A stretch of DNA of 64,000 nucleotides, taken from NCBI GenBank assembly GCA_905178155.1, contig CAJINV010000004.1:10833655-10897654 (forward strand), written 5' to 3'. The notes under the pieces were generated by a model, which did not search any database, was not told where the DNA came from, and was given only the letters and a program-made list of their open reading frames with translations. Positions 1-12,700 of this stretch are shown one piece after another; position 1 is the stretch's first letter; every line of letters begins with the position of its first letter. A program made the position numbers and the translations under genes. The DNA is from Amoebophrya sp. A120. Its lineage: Eukaryota; Protista; Dinoflagellata.

Positions 1-1348
1 ATGTTAAAACAAGGCAGTAGTTTTTCTGCAGATAATGCTAAGATCAAACTGCAGCCCAACGACGTGATTCTGGTTGACCGTTTGCTCGCCGACATCGAGG
101 AACTACCCGGCGCGGCGATCGTCGTGGGAGGGGGTAGCAGCAGCACGGCACCAGCGCGCCACCAGGGTAGTGACATATCAAATGCAAATAGTTCTGGCTC
201 TGCATGACAAACTTTGTCTGGGAAGTCTGTCTGACAGACTTGAGAGCCATGCTGGCCGAGCATGAGAAGCTTTGCATTCTTCCAGACCTCCCAGACATAT
301 TTGCTTTTGCAATGCATAGAATGCATATGACAGCGCATCAAGAACTACTATGACGGCACCTGTACAACTATCCTGGTCCGAATCCCGGGCAGATCTCTGG
401 TCCAGCGCGGAGAAGTTTACGACCCACGTTACCGAGCACTTTCACCCGAAAAACCCCTTCAACTACGTGCAGCCCTTCAGTCTGCTGTCCTCCCTCGAGA
501 AGGATATCGAGCTGAAGCGTGACATGGCCCGGGCGCACCGGTTGTTGAACCACTTCGAGCTCGACGAGCTGGTCTGGAACCACGTGTCCGGGCGGTCGTT
601 TGCGCGGAAAAACCGTTTTTTCATCAGTAACGGGGACAAGACCTTCGAGCAAATGTGCGAACAGGACATGGTCCTGGAGTCGAACGGCAGCAACCAAACC
701 GGGCAGGTGATCCACGGCGCGGTCTACATGGCGCGGCCGGACGTGAACGCGATCGTGCACGCGCACAGCCCCGCCGTGGTGGCCTGCTGTTGCCTGAAGA
801 ACGGGCTGGAGATCCTCGATCAGCGGGGCGGGGGGCACTTGCACCGGATCGTGTACTATGACTGGAATGGGATCTCCGACAGTCTGGAAAAGGAGTGCCG
901 CCTGTTCATGGAATGCGTCGCGTTCGAAAAAGTGAATACAATCATGCTGAAGCACCACGGAGCGCTGGTGCTCGGCGGCACGTATCCTGTGCAAAAGTAT
1001 CGCACTCGTAGTAATTGCATTCATGCATTACACTCAAGGCAAAGAAATCAGCATTACAAATTTAATTTGTAATGCTGGGCTAATTTGTAATGCAATTTAT
1101 ACTAGTGCGATGCTTTTGCATTGCATAGCACGGTGCGGGAGGCCTTCGTGAACTACTTCTACTTGGAGCGACTGTGCGAAAACTGGCTCAAGGTGAACGC
1201 CAGCAACCTGGAAATCGAGCGGCCGAAAGCCGAAGTGGCGCAGGAGAGCGCGGCGTTTTTCGATTTGCCGCAGTACAAGGCGGGGAACAAGGAGTGGGCG
1301 CCCCTTGCGGCGATGGTGCATCGGAACTTGGGTGGAATACAGTTTTGA
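1..1348 (+). CDS. Class II aldolase/adducin-family protein (3 exons: 1-175, 333-982, 1133-1348; ~346 aa; may extend 5' of the window)
   Basis: Motifs WNHVSGR, IHGAVYMARPDVNAIVHAHSP and MLKHHGALVLGGT|VREAF are typical of class II aldolase/adducin. Removing two introners joins three ORFs in frame. Confidence 0.85.
176..327. mobile_element. Introner, family A (degenerate)
   Basis: TATCAAATGCAAATA...TTCCAGACC..CCAGACATATTTGC..AATGCATA; TGACA direct repeat at 171-175 and 328-332; removing 176-332 gives in-frame SDSASRTTMTAP. Confidence 0.85.
983..1127. mobile_element. Introner, family B
   Basis: TATCCTGTGCAAAAGTATCGCACT...AGTGCGATGCTTTTGCATTGCATA; GCACG direct repeat; removal restores the frame. 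Confidence 0.92.
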
Positions 1349-2548
1349 TTGATAAAAAGAACGAACAAATCTACGGTGGCACAAACTGACACTTCGCTTC
1401 TGTTTCGACCACCACTTACTGGGTTAGCTCGAAAGAGGCGCTGTTAGTTCACTTTATTTCTGAAAAACTAGATAAAAACACGAACAACCCAAACTCGTTT
1501 TTGTTTTTGGCGCAACAAGAAAAAATTACAGCATTTTGACTTTTTTTTACCGCGTTGGAAAATTAACGCAGGAGATGCACGCAACATCAGATGAATGCCA
1601 AGAAAAAATCCACGCGTGCCCTCGATCGTCCGTGTCCAGCAACATGAAGAAATCTTCAACTTGTTTAGGTAGTGATCTTATCAAGAGATTGATACTATGA
1701 ACGAACAACACTAAACATTTTGAATCGATTCTGTGTTGTGACCGGAGCGATTTGTGTTTGATTGGTTCCTGCATTCTGCTTTTGACCGGATCGCTCTCGG
1801 GGGTAAGTAAGCCTCAGTTTTGCTTTTGACGCAGTATACTTTTGGAAATTTTTACCGAAAAATGTCTGTAGCGTCCGGTCAGAGGGAGGGCTCCCTACCT
1901 TGCTAGTAGAGTGGCTGCTTAAGTACACAAATAAAAAAATCAAGCTGTGCCCGGCTGGCTTCATTTTTCCATCCGGTAGTTCTGGTCGCTTCCTCGGATG
2001 GTCGAGATTATTTCCGTCTCGTGGTTCCTTGGCCTTGCAGCGAGCATGGATGAACCTTGTTTGCTTACGTGTTCGGCATTGTCACAGGAAATTTGCAGCG
2101 AAGGCAAAGACAAACAGGTCAGGAGAGTTGCGCTGTTTTTCCGTGACCGTGTAGTTGAGTAAGTACAAAAGTTGTACTTGGAGAGATGCTCATTTATTGA
2201 GCGAAAGCAGGAGACGAGACGCTGAAACATCAAGCAGTGCGGGTCGGTACTTATTTTATTTTACGAACACCTCAATCAATCCTGCGACATAGATAGCAGT
2301 CTCGGCCATGGTGTGAGAGCTGTGATAAGCCACACATCAAAGAATGACGCCCGGTGTCGACGTGTGGCTTCTGGCAGCTAAGAGCAGGCGTGCCGGCGAC
2401 ACTATCGGGCCCGCGTGCATGTCCGGCCCCTCGCCAGCGCCGGGTGTTGTTCAAAACGAGGTGTAGTCGTGAGGCTTCGGCCAGCAGTTTATTTTGCACT
2501 ATCTGCGCCGCTTGCCCAAGTAACGCGGCGTGGACATCACCAGCAATC

Positions 2549-5006
2549 ATGGTGCGTCTCGGAACTAGAATTCTGTTGGCGCCGGTGCTGCTCGGTTGTA
2601 CTATCAGCAACTATTCTTCCCCGTTCTACGTCCACCTCGTGCAGGCTGAAGAGCTGTCCTCCTGCGATTGCAGCTGTTGCACCGTGGAGAAGCGGGATGA
2701 GGTCCCCGCAGAGCAAATTCTGGACGGAAATCTGAACACCGTGGAGATTGAGTGCGACGTCCGGGTGGTGGTGCCGGAGGACCTAGCGCACCTCCACTTC
2801 CTCGCGAAATCGCAGCTCCAAGCATGCCAGGCGAAACGATGTCTGCAGCCCGCGGCCGACATGATTCTCGAGGGCGCATCCAGCGATGGCGAACTCGACC
2901 AAGAGCGGTATCCATCTATTGGTTCTATGTATCTTCAGTTTGCTACGAGGTAGGACTTGCTTTGTCATCAATGAATAGCGCTCGCGGCATTTCGTGGCAA
3001 TGTAGCACCTGAAGAAATCCAAAACCAGAAACAAGATTTAGCAATCATCTCTGTCTCCGTCTACGTGTTACAGGTTCTGCCGCGCCGAGTGCGCCCCCAC
3101 AGCCGCACACAAGGGAGCGGATTGCTCACGGAAGCCGAACCGCCCGGATAGCGCGGGAGAGCGGGCGTTTGTCCATTTCGCGAAAGTTGTAGCTCCAGTA
3201 GTTGTGGGGGCGATACCGAACAACGCGGACATGTCCCTCGTGGAGGCCGGGCGCAGGGAGTTAGGAACGAGTGCTGCGCACCAGAGTCGGGCTGGGAATG
3301 AATACAAGAGCGAATTCAGTATAGGAATCAAGACGAAAATAATGACAGTACACACAGACGTGTAAATTGAAAAGAATCAATCTGTAGCAGAAGATCATGA
3401 AGATAAAGCCACTTACTTAAGTAGAATGAGGTCAGGCCGAATTTTGACTCTACTTACACGGGGGACACGTTCTATCCCTCCGCCTCATCCCCCCAAGTCA
3501 GTAAAAAATCTAAATCACCACAGCAAAAGCTCTGGAGAAGCTCCTGGTGAAAGGGAAGGCCGTGGCGCAGGACGGAGAGCAGCTCGCGAAAGAGGCAAGT
3601 GCCGCGGCGAAGACCGCCAAAGACGGCGCCGTTTTCGCGAAGGCCGCCGTGAAGAAGAACACGAACGCCGCGGAGACGAAACTCCCCGAAATCGCACTGG
3701 AAGCGGAGGAGAGCCAGCTGGGGTCCTCGAACATCTTGCAAAAGTTGTCGGAGTTGGAACAATATCCACTGCAAAAGCATCGTACTAGTATGAATTGCGT
3801 TTACAAATTGTAATTGAGTCAGCATAGAATTTGAATTTCTTGTAATGCGGGTCTACAGAAACAATTACGAACTAGGTCTGTAATGCATATCTGCAATTTT
3901 TGTTGTTGTTCATACGAATGAGTGCGATGGTTTTTCAGTGGATAAAGAAAACGTTGAATCCGCGGCGAGTGAAGCGGCGGAGGACCATATCGAACGGAAA
4001 AATCCCCCCTCCCCATGTCAAAACGAAGTTTCTGATGCTGGATTTGCGTACACAAATCAGACGCGTCTTGCAGTACAGGACGCAGGCATGTGCCAAGTCT
4101 GAGGAGACTGGTTCGACGTAGCAGGCGCCTAGCGTGGGAAAGGTCTACCGCTTGAGGCCCAGCAGCATCACGAACCGCCTGCATGAAAATGCAGCGGAGC
4201 TGCCTGTGGAGTTGCCTTCTTGCAAGACAGGGAGACGATTTGTGGCCACAGATCAGCAGCTCTTTCGATATGTGGCAAATTTTCTGTGGCGTGCTCTTTC
4301 GATACGGGGATGGGGGGATTTTCGCTTACGATAAAGCAAGTGGCGGACACGGTGAAGGGGGTCGAGGAGACTGCGCTTGCCGCCACGAAGGACGCAGCCT
4401 TGAAAGAGGCGGAGAAGAGAAAAGAAGAGATGGTGGCGAAGGCGCCCGCGGCCGGCGCCGAGGCAGAGAAGCCGTACGTCGAGGCCCAGCAGAGGGCAGC
4501 GGACAGGGCCGCTGAGTACCAGAAACGGGGGGACGAATTTGCGCAGCTGAGCAATCAGTGGCAGATGGAATCATGTAAAGTACGTGTCTGATTCACTTGC
4601 AGAAGTCTTCGCGAAAATCGAGGTAGAGGTTTGTGATGGCAAAATTTGTCCTGCAATAGCAATACATAGCAATAGCAATACTGCTTGGGCCAAGTAACCC
4701 AATAAAGCCTGTATCTGTAAAAACTGTATAGTACGTGAAAGCTTCTCTACAGCCCTCGCCGTGAACAACGCGAACCAGCTGGAGCTGCTCGGAAAAAAGT
4801 ACGAAGCGGACCGCGCGATGGCGAAGGCCAGGTTCCTCATGGACCAAGCTTCGGGACTGACCAACACGGCACAAAACCTGTACAACACGGCGGAACAGAT
4901 CACGGAATCCCTCCCCGCCTACGGAGCACAGGCCTCCGCGGCGAACTACCATGCACAGTTTCTCTTGAATCCGGACGTGCCCGCCCCCAGGCCGCCGATC
5001 GTGTGA
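2549..5006 (+). CDS. Hypothetical secreted protein with Cys-rich N-terminus and Ala/Glu/Lys-rich coiled coil (~456 aa, 6 exons)
   Basis: Hydrophobic signal-like N-terminus and CDCSCC motif. GT-AG introns 2908-3073, 3319-3523, 4575-4752 plus two introners give a continuous frame ending ...NPDVPAPRPPIV*. Confidence 0.7.
3763..3944. mobile_element. Introner, family B
   Basis: TATCCACTGCAAAAGCATCG...CGATGGTTTTTCAGTGGATA; imperfect repeat AACAA/AAGAA; removal gives ELEQ|NVESAASE. Confidence 0.85.
3988..4333. mobile_element. Introner, family C
   Basis: TATCGAACGGAAAAATCCCCCCTCCCC...GGGGATGGGGGGATTTTCGCTTACGATA; imperfect repeat GACCA/AAGCA; in-frame join. Confidence 0.85.
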
Positions 5007-5449
5007 GGAATATACGAGAGTTGTTAGTTGTCTTGCGCTTGTTAGTACTCGTCCATCTATCAGTTGCAGCTCGAGTCAGTCGTTTTCCTTTTTTTCCTTG
5101 CCAGTTGCTTTCCCGATCGATTTGGGTATCTTTCAAGAACCAGACAGAGTATAGATACCATGCGAAGCACATTGAAAATGACTGCGGAAGAAGAATAACT
5201 TTTTGTCGACCGGAGGAAAAGTAGTTTTACTTTTTTTTTCGCCATTGCGGAAAATGACCATCTTACTTTTCGACTTCCTCGCCTTCGTTGACGGCAGTGT
5301 CTAAAGTCCTGTTCCCGGCACTGCAACTCTGGAACCGTTTGAGCCAGCGGATTGCGATCTTTACTTTTTTTCTCAGATTGAGCAAGCACGATGGATCTCG
5401 TCAAAAAAAAGATCACCTTGCTCAATCGCATCGCACGAGATAAGTGTCC

Positions 5450-6487
5450 ATGAAGAATGGCGAGCAGTTGTTCCATGAAGGAGTGACAGGAGCAAACATT
5501 GCAGTATTAGGGACGTTCTGCCGCATGGAAAAGTCAGCTCCAAGTGACAGTCTACTACGGGCCGCGAGACGGCAGCCGCGTAGTCCTGCTCCAAAAAATG
5601 CCTTTACGGGTCTACCTCGTAACTCAAGTTTGGCCGGATTATGCCGGCTTCTGATTTTCGCCTCGCCGTGTCCGCTGTTGGTTCGCAGCGTTGCTCTGCG
5701 ATCGACTGCTTTCCGGCCAACAACAGCAGGGAATAAAACCTCTGTGAGTGGTACGAACGCCAACAAGCCTGAGGACGGTCTATCCGATGAGCTTCGGGCT
5801 GTGCTGAGCCGGCAGCGCGCTAGGATTGATGCGAGGTCCAAAGCTGGCACGGTTCTTGCCATCGGGGATCGAAGTACAACTACGGCAGGACCAGCGGAGG
5901 GCCCATCTAGAAACGCGCCGGCAGCTGTTGATGTGGACGAGAGGACAAGTACGAAGCCTGTAATAGAAGGTGTAGCTGCTCCAGACTCATTTACTGCTAC
6001 CGAAACCGCCAAGGGGACTACAACATCTAACCAACACCCCGGCGTGAGCAGCTCAGAGCTGTCTTGTTGCTCGGAACCAGACGCGGAGCCTGAATTCAGC
6101 AGCCCGAAACGAGAAAAAGAAGAGTCGTCTGATGCAACTTCAACAGCAGCGTTCGTGAAAATCGGTGAAATAGATAAACCTAGTTGGAACACGGAAAGAA
6201 GTCGAACTGCACTGCACGAAGCGAACACAGCTTCTTCAACACGAGGGCTCCTCTTTGCACGACCGGCTAGCACTTCTAACGCGAAAACCAGTGTCGTGAC
6301 CAGCACGAAGGATGCTAGGGCTTCTATGGCCGTGGATGCAGGAGAAACCAGTGCAACGGCAGCCGAGGAAGCACGCCAGGAACTTGCTCGGCGCCGTGCT
6401 GCGCTCGAAAAGTGTGTAAAAAGTGGAGCGCTCACCGCCGCCATGGCGGAAAAATGTTTGCAGAAATTTTCTGAAAAAATGCAATAG
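5450..6487 (+). CDS. Hypothetical Ser/Thr/Ala-rich low-complexity protein (start uncertain)
   Basis: ~345-codon open frame on the same strand as all neighbours, with a helical C-terminus; no recognisable domain. Confidence 0.5.
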   Translation: MKNGEQLFHEGVTGANIAVLGTFCRMEKSAPSDSLLRAARRQPRSPAPKNAFTGLPRNSSLAGLCRLLIFASPCPLLVRSVALRSTAFRPTTAGNKTSVSGTNANKPEDGLSDELRAVLSRQRARIDARSKAGTVLAIGDRSTTTAGPAEGPSRNAPAAVDVDERTSTKPVIEGVAAPDSFTATETAKGTTTSNQHPGVSSSELSCCSEPDAEPEFSSPKREKEESSDATSTAAFVKIGEIDKPSWNTERSRTALHEANTASSTRGLLFARPASTSNAKTSVVTSTKDARASMAVDAGETSATAAEEARQELARRRAALEKCVKSGALTAAMAEKCLQKFSEKMQ

Positions 6488-7255
6488 TTAAACTCTTTGT
6501 CTTTCTAGGTTGCCACGACCGGTCGTGGTGCCAGTGTACTATGCTATACCGAGAATGATAGAGTGGCAGCACATTCTTGGCCGGTCTCGAGGCTCGATCA
6601 GGGGGTTTCGATCAGGGGCGACAGTCGTACTGCAGACGAGAAAGACACTCCTATTTCACGAACTTCATTTTAGTCCCATGGAAGAGGAAATCGAAATGTA
6701 AGAAAGAGACATGAGAGATCACCACAGAAAAATAGGAAGGCTCATGCTTAGATGAAGATGATCCGCGACACATTGACTCTGCCTACCAGTTCTGAGTAGT
6801 TGTACTACGAGTGTGGTCATTCTGGTCCTTGTGTAACGTGGATCGTCGTACTAGCGAAGGAAACGATCCAATCTGTAAAAATCCAAAAAGAGGTGATCAA
6901 AAAAAAATAAGGAAAAGTGGGATCATTCGACGAGGAGAACGAGATCAAGTTCCACATACGAATTGGAAGTTTCCTTTTCAAAAGAGATGCATTGAAATTC
7001 AAAAACAAGTCACAGGCGAAGATGAAGTAGAATTGTGATGGCTGTTTTGGTTTTCTGAAGTTGAACCTTGACGAACAGAAGCTATAATTTCTCCCCCAAT
7101 TGTTCTTTGTACAATTTCAATTTGTCGTTGACGACGACTAGCAGAGCTACTGTCCCTGTATAATTTATAATCCGACGTTCTTTTATTTCCCGCTTCCTTG
7201 CCTCTGCACGATTTTGATCCCACGGCGACACACGAAGCAAGTGAACGGCGTAAAG

Positions 7256-8764
7256 ATGGCCACCGTAGTACCGAGATCATTGCGATCCTACCCGCGCGAC
7301 CTGCGCGTAGTTTTCCCCGCGGGTTTTTTCACTGTGATTTCCCTTCTGGCCGCGCAACTATCTCTCGCCCTCCAGGCGCAGCCACCGCAAGCTCCGGGAG
7401 CGCCGCAGAATCCCCCCCAGTTTTGGGGCCCGATTTGCTTTCTGAAGAACCGGCGGACCCTCTCGCTGCCGACGGTCACCTCTGCCTACAAGTACGAGTG
7501 GACGGACCAGGAGCTGCAGAAGGTGCAGCTGCACATGACGCAAGTGACGGGCTACGTGGAGATCAACACCACCAGCTGGTCGAAGAATGATGAAAGCAAC
7601 GGTCGGACCCCGTCGCCGAAGAAATCCTACGGGTACTTTTACCTTGTCTACCCGGACCCCGACTACTACCTGCGACAGGGGGTTCGCCGCGCGTTCTACC
7701 CGGAGGACTGTCTGGATTCGCCCGTGAAAAACTACAGCGATCTGTTTTATGCGTTGAAAACGGCACAGGGGAAGTCGTTGACTGATTCCAAAGCGTACAA
7801 CAAGTATTTCAAGACGAACCCGGTGTACGGCTTGCCGATTGCCTCCGTCACCCACGACAATGACGCAGACCTGAAGGCGAGGAAATTTGCCGACCCCATC
7901 GACAAAAATTTCCCGGTCAACGCGAATTTCTACGACATCGAAGTCCAGAAATTTGACGTCACCAGTGCGGACGCCGGAAAGTGGGTTTTCATCGTGGTCC
8001 TGGTTTCCGTGGTCTTGTCCACGCTGTTCGTTTTGATCCTGCTGGTGCAGTTCTGGCCGGCGACTAGTAGTACAACATCAGCTCCTGCTACCAATGGGAT
8101 AAATGGCGCTCAACAGCAGACTCGTGACAATGATCCCGCGGCGGGGGCGCCGCAGCAGAGTTGTGAGGCCGAAATTGCGCTATGGGATGAAGCTGCTGCT
8201 GACACGACGCACAATGCGGAGCTGGCGTCCCCTACAATAGTACCCAATGTTGCGACAGAAGAAGTACTTGTGCAAGGGGAAGCGATCACAAGCCCAGCTG
8301 CGAACAGTACGACAAGGTACGACAGCGACGATCGGGAGAGCTCCAGGGCAGCGTCGAAGGAAGCAGGTGAAGTCCTCTCGACGGCGTTGGTGGAAAACAA
8401 GCCTGCAGTTGACGTTCCGCATCCTTCAAGATTGGCGAGGGACAAGGACAAGTACTACGCCGGTGGTGAAATGAATCAAGGCCTCCTTGCAGCAGCTGGA
8501 CATCATCACCAAAATGAACCGCAGCAGCAGGAGCCACGAGGAACGCCACCTCGCGCACCAGAAGCCTTACTGACTCGTGGTGGAACCAATGTCAGCCTCG
8601 GAGCAGCCAGCAGTGCGGTGGGCAAAGCGCACATCCCGCCTTTGTCTGACGCCGAAGATCTGGACTTCGTGCAGACAAACAGAAACGGGACGAGGCGAGC
8701 CGATTTAGATTTTGTGCAGAACGGCCGACAGTATCATCACTTGGTTGGGGGAATGAGGGATTGA
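7256..8764 (+). CDS. Hypothetical single-pass (type I) membrane protein, intronless
   Basis: N-terminal hydrophobic segment, Tyr-rich ectodomain, TM helix WVFIVVLVSVVLSTLFVLILLVQFW, disordered tail. Confidence 0.75.
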   Translation: MATVVPRSLRSYPRDLRVVFPAGFFTVISLLAAQLSLALQAQPPQAPGAPQNPPQFWGPICFLKNRRTLSLPTVTSAYKYEWTDQELQKVQLHMTQVTGYVEINTTSWSKNDESNGRTPSPKKSYGYFYLVYPDPDYYLRQGVRRAFYPEDCLDSPVKNYSDLFYALKTAQGKSLTDSKAYNKYFKTNPVYGLPIASVTHDNDADLKARKFADPIDKNFPVNANFYDIEVQKFDVTSADAGKWVFIVVLVSVVLSTLFVLILLVQFWPATSSTTSAPATNGINGAQQQTRDNDPAAGAPQQSCEAEIALWDEAAADTTHNAELASPTIVPNVATEEVLVQGEAITSPAANSTTRYDSDDRESSRAASKEAGEVLSTALVENKPAVDVPHPSRLARDKDKYYAGGEMNQGLLAAAGHHHQNEPQQQEPRGTPPRAPEALLTRGGTNVSLGAASSAVGKAHIPPLSDAEDLDFVQTNRNGTRRADLDFVQNGRQYHHLVGGMRD

Positions 8765-9776
8765 TGAAAGGAGCGACAGGGCCGAAATGGAAAATTGACG
8801 AGAGGAAATGGAAAGAGGTGGAGAGCGAAAACTGAACTTCTTTTTGCTTTCCATCATGTACAAATTACTAGTACTAGACGAGCAAGTAGCTCCAAAAGCG
8901 AAATATTATGACAGTACATGTACAAGTAAAACAATGTCGTGTATGATTATACAGTGCTGGAGAATTTTCTACCGAGAGGCTCCTCACTGTCTTTTGGATG
9001 ATGGATGTTGGGAGAAGACATTGAAAAGGAATTCGGTCCGCGCTCGCATCGGCACGCGATCGGACAACGTAGTATGGGGTTGCCCATATTGGCTGCTGCT
9101 TTGTAGTGCGATGCTGTTCTCATGCTACAGCTTTTTATCTCTTGCCGCTGAGGATGACGATGATTTTGGCAACCGCAATTATTGCCATCTTCACGAAGTA
9201 GTGTAAAGTGAATTTATTATAACTCAAAGTATGTCGGTACTTGTCTATCTGTGCTTGCTCCTTCGGTCGGTCTTTATTTGTATTGTGGAATGCTTCTGTG
9301 TCGGTACGCTTTGTTGCCACGTATTGCGTGATGTCTCTCGGTTTTACGATGTTGTATATCTAAAACATTGTCTTGAAAAGGTCGGTTCACTCTTGTAGAT
9401 TGTGGAAGCTGTTTTTGCCACGGAAGTAGCAGCGGACTCGTCGGAAACTCAGTCCTTTAGGTGCGCGCACACTGGCTGCCTCCAGTTATTCCTATTTTCA
9501 GCCACGCAAATTTATCGCCTTTGCCATGATACAGGTCAAGATCTTTTTGTTTTCACGCGCGCTCGCTAGATGCGCTCTTCATTTCACAAAATTATTCCCC
9601 ATTTTGATTTTGTGCTTTTCCACTTCACCGAATACATGTGGTGCACGCAAACGTGAATATTTGCGTTAGTGCGCTGTGCATGTATGCTCGTTTATTTGTC
9701 CTATGTTGATGTAGCTCGTTTCCATTTCCCTTTACTACCCTTCGTCGCTGTTTTTACGTAACCTAACTTTAGTATC

Positions 9777-12700
9777 ATGAAACCCCTGCCTCACCTACTT
9801 GCCCGCCCGAAAATAGTCGGCAAGAAGCCCCCTTCTGCGCCGGGCGGAGCGGCTGCAAAGGGGCCGGCCGCTGCAGCCGCGGGCGAGGCAGCGCTAACGC
9901 CACGAAGTGGAGGTCATCTGCGTGGTCACAAACACCACCCTCCGGTGGACCACCACACAACGAATAGCGTCCCGGGGACGCCGCGGAGTGTTTTATCGAA
10001 TGTGACACCAAGACCGCAGCTAGACGAGGAAGATTCCGGAGAAGCGGACGCTGCAGGAGAGAAGATCAATTTTCTCACCCCTGGCACGACTCCACGTGGT
10101 GGTGGGTCCTCGCGTGCAGCCACTGCTGGAGCCAGAAGGCCAGGCGGACTTGTTGGTGGTGGACCTGGACCATCTTCAAGCAAATTATTGTCTGCCGCGA
10201 GGGGTAAAATAAAGGCTCCGAGGAATGATGATGTCGACCCGGCGCCGGCGTTTGAGGAGGCTGTGAGCGCCATTCCAGTGGAGTGCACGTACGGAAATTT
10301 ATCCTTTTTGACCCCGAGCCAGCACCAGAAGTTTCTTCTCTGGATCAAAGAGAAACCAGCGTTTGACGACGCTGGAAGTGTTCTTTTCACCACCAGCGCA
10401 GATCTTGTTCTACAGAATAAACAGTGGCAGTCCCCGACCGCGGGCCGGTCCGTGGCGTTAACCAGGGCGGAGGCGCAAGCGCGGGAGCGACTGCGCGACT
10501 TTTTGCGCCAGGCGGAGAGCAACGAACTCGAGCGGAAACACCACGAGCAGCTGGCGCTGGACCACGAATGCCAGGCGTTCCTCCAAGATTTGGTCTACCA
10601 GGACGAGCAGGCCGCGAAGGGCCACGTGGTGCCCGTGAAAAAGGGGCCCGCCCCACCCGCCAAACCGCAACCCGTGAAGGACGTGCACGTGCCGGACAAG
10701 CGGCTGTCGCCCAAGTATCCCACAGAAAAAAGCTGGCAGGGCATATTTGTAATGCAAAAATAAATACACAGAAAAACCCGTCATGGGCGACCTCGTAGCA
10801 TGCTGTTTAGGATACGCAATACAGATTTTTCTGTGTATTTATTTTTGCATTACAGATGTGACCTGCCAGCTTTTTTCTGTGGGATACCAAGGAACTGGCG
10901 AAGATGAAGAACCAGCTCGCGCACACCTTCGAATCCCAGTTATGCATTGCAAATATGTCTGGGTCTGGAAGAATGGGAATGCAAACTTGTGATGCGCATT
11001 TCATAAGACACAAAAATCTCTCATGCATAGGCTGCAAAAGCTGCCCACTTTCTGTCACCAAAATCGGGCATTTGTAATGCAGATTCGGCATTGCGGAAGC
11101 TTGTCGAAACCTGTGATGCTAGAGCTTCCACGCCAGCCCTTCTTTGTCATGCAAAAGCAGCATGACTCTTCCAGACCCAGACATTTTTGCATTTGATACC
11201 AGTACCGCGAGAACAACAGCGGCAAACCGCCGAGCGAGGCGCAGGTGAAGGCGTACGTCGCAAAAACGCTGCACGACCGCGGGGTGGAATTCGAGGAGAA
11301 CGAGCAGGAGAGGAAGGAAGCCATCGCAAAAAAGAAAAAGCAGCTAGTACAAGGAGCGCAAAATGCCGCCTCGTCGCTAGGGACCACATTGGGGAACAAT
11401 GGCGAAGGTGGTCCACAAAATCGAGGAATAAACGGAGCCGCTGCGGCGCACACCGAGTCGCTCCTCGCTAATCAGGTCGAGCAGCTGGAGGAAACTTTGG
11501 CCCGTTTGGGTCTGAAGGAGGAACCCAACGGGGAGATTCGGCGGGACTTGACGAACAGCGGTGGTGGTGGTGGTCTGCTCAACAAGAAGAATCTCAACGG
11601 TACTAGTTCCGATGACGACTCGTTTGAAGCCTTGACCGAAGCGCAGCTGCAGCACAACGCGATGGTGGCGAAACACAACGAGGTGGCAAACAGCACGAAG
11701 CACTTGGACCAGTTAGAGCGGCGGTTGGTCAAGAAGCGAGTGGAATTGGAGCAGCAGTATAGAACCCGCATCCACCCGTTGCGCCGGGCCATTCTGCTGC
11801 GTTTGTACGCGGATTTGGAGTCGGTCTGCCTGAATCTGTACGGCTGCGGCCCGGTTGCGCAGGACCACCAAATGTTCCTGCCGGAGATTCAGCAGCTGAC
11901 AACCGGGAAGGCGCTGTCGCCGGACCGAGCGTCCGCGGCCGCGAACAACAAGGACGGCACGTTGCAGGATTTGCGCCGCGATCAGCACCTGATCTTCCTT
12001 CAGCAGGAGGCCGAGCGGAAACGGCGGGAGGCGAACGTCAACGGCAGCTACAACTTCTTTACGCTTCGCCAGGAGCTCTACCAGCGGCTGCTGCGGGGCG
12101 GCTCCGAGGTCGTGGACGATTTGCTGTTCCGGAGAACGTGGGCGTTGTGTGAGGACGCGTTTGAAGAGCTGCGGGAGAACCGCACCCATTACCCCATGTA
12201 CGTCGAGCCTGAGAATGAGGACGACGAGGAAGTAGACGGTAGATCGAACATCAACAATAAAAGCAAATTCACTTCTTCTTACCCGGTATCCGGCGGCCGG
12301 TCCATGACTCCTGCTTCGATGAGAAATAGAACGGCGGGGAACAACAACGCTAAAAGTAGCTACAACAAGCGCGGCAGCGGTCGGAGTAACGGCAAAAACT
12401 GGGACACGGTGCGGATGCCGCATAGTTATAATTCTGGAACATCAAGCTATGCCCCGGACGACCCGCGATTTTTCGTGAGAAAGGAGGGTGCGCATGGGTC
12501 CTTGGAAGCGCTTGAGGAGAAGCTGGTCTTTGATTGGATCGAAACCAAAGATCTCCCACCCATGCTCGAAACCTTCACGCGGGAGCTGATCGCGCAAGCG
12601 TGCGGGATGGAGGCGGTCAGACGGCTGAGGGAGAGAAGCATCAGTGAACAAGCGTCGCAATTCGCAGAGGAGGCCCTGGATTTTTTGGCGGAACGGCCAG

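Noticed and set aside
5422-6444. 340-aa minus-strand ORF (and other long antisense ORFs such as 34027-34926 and 57471-58280)
   Set aside because: These are shadow frames of GC-rich, low-complexity + strand genes, with no recognisable domains.
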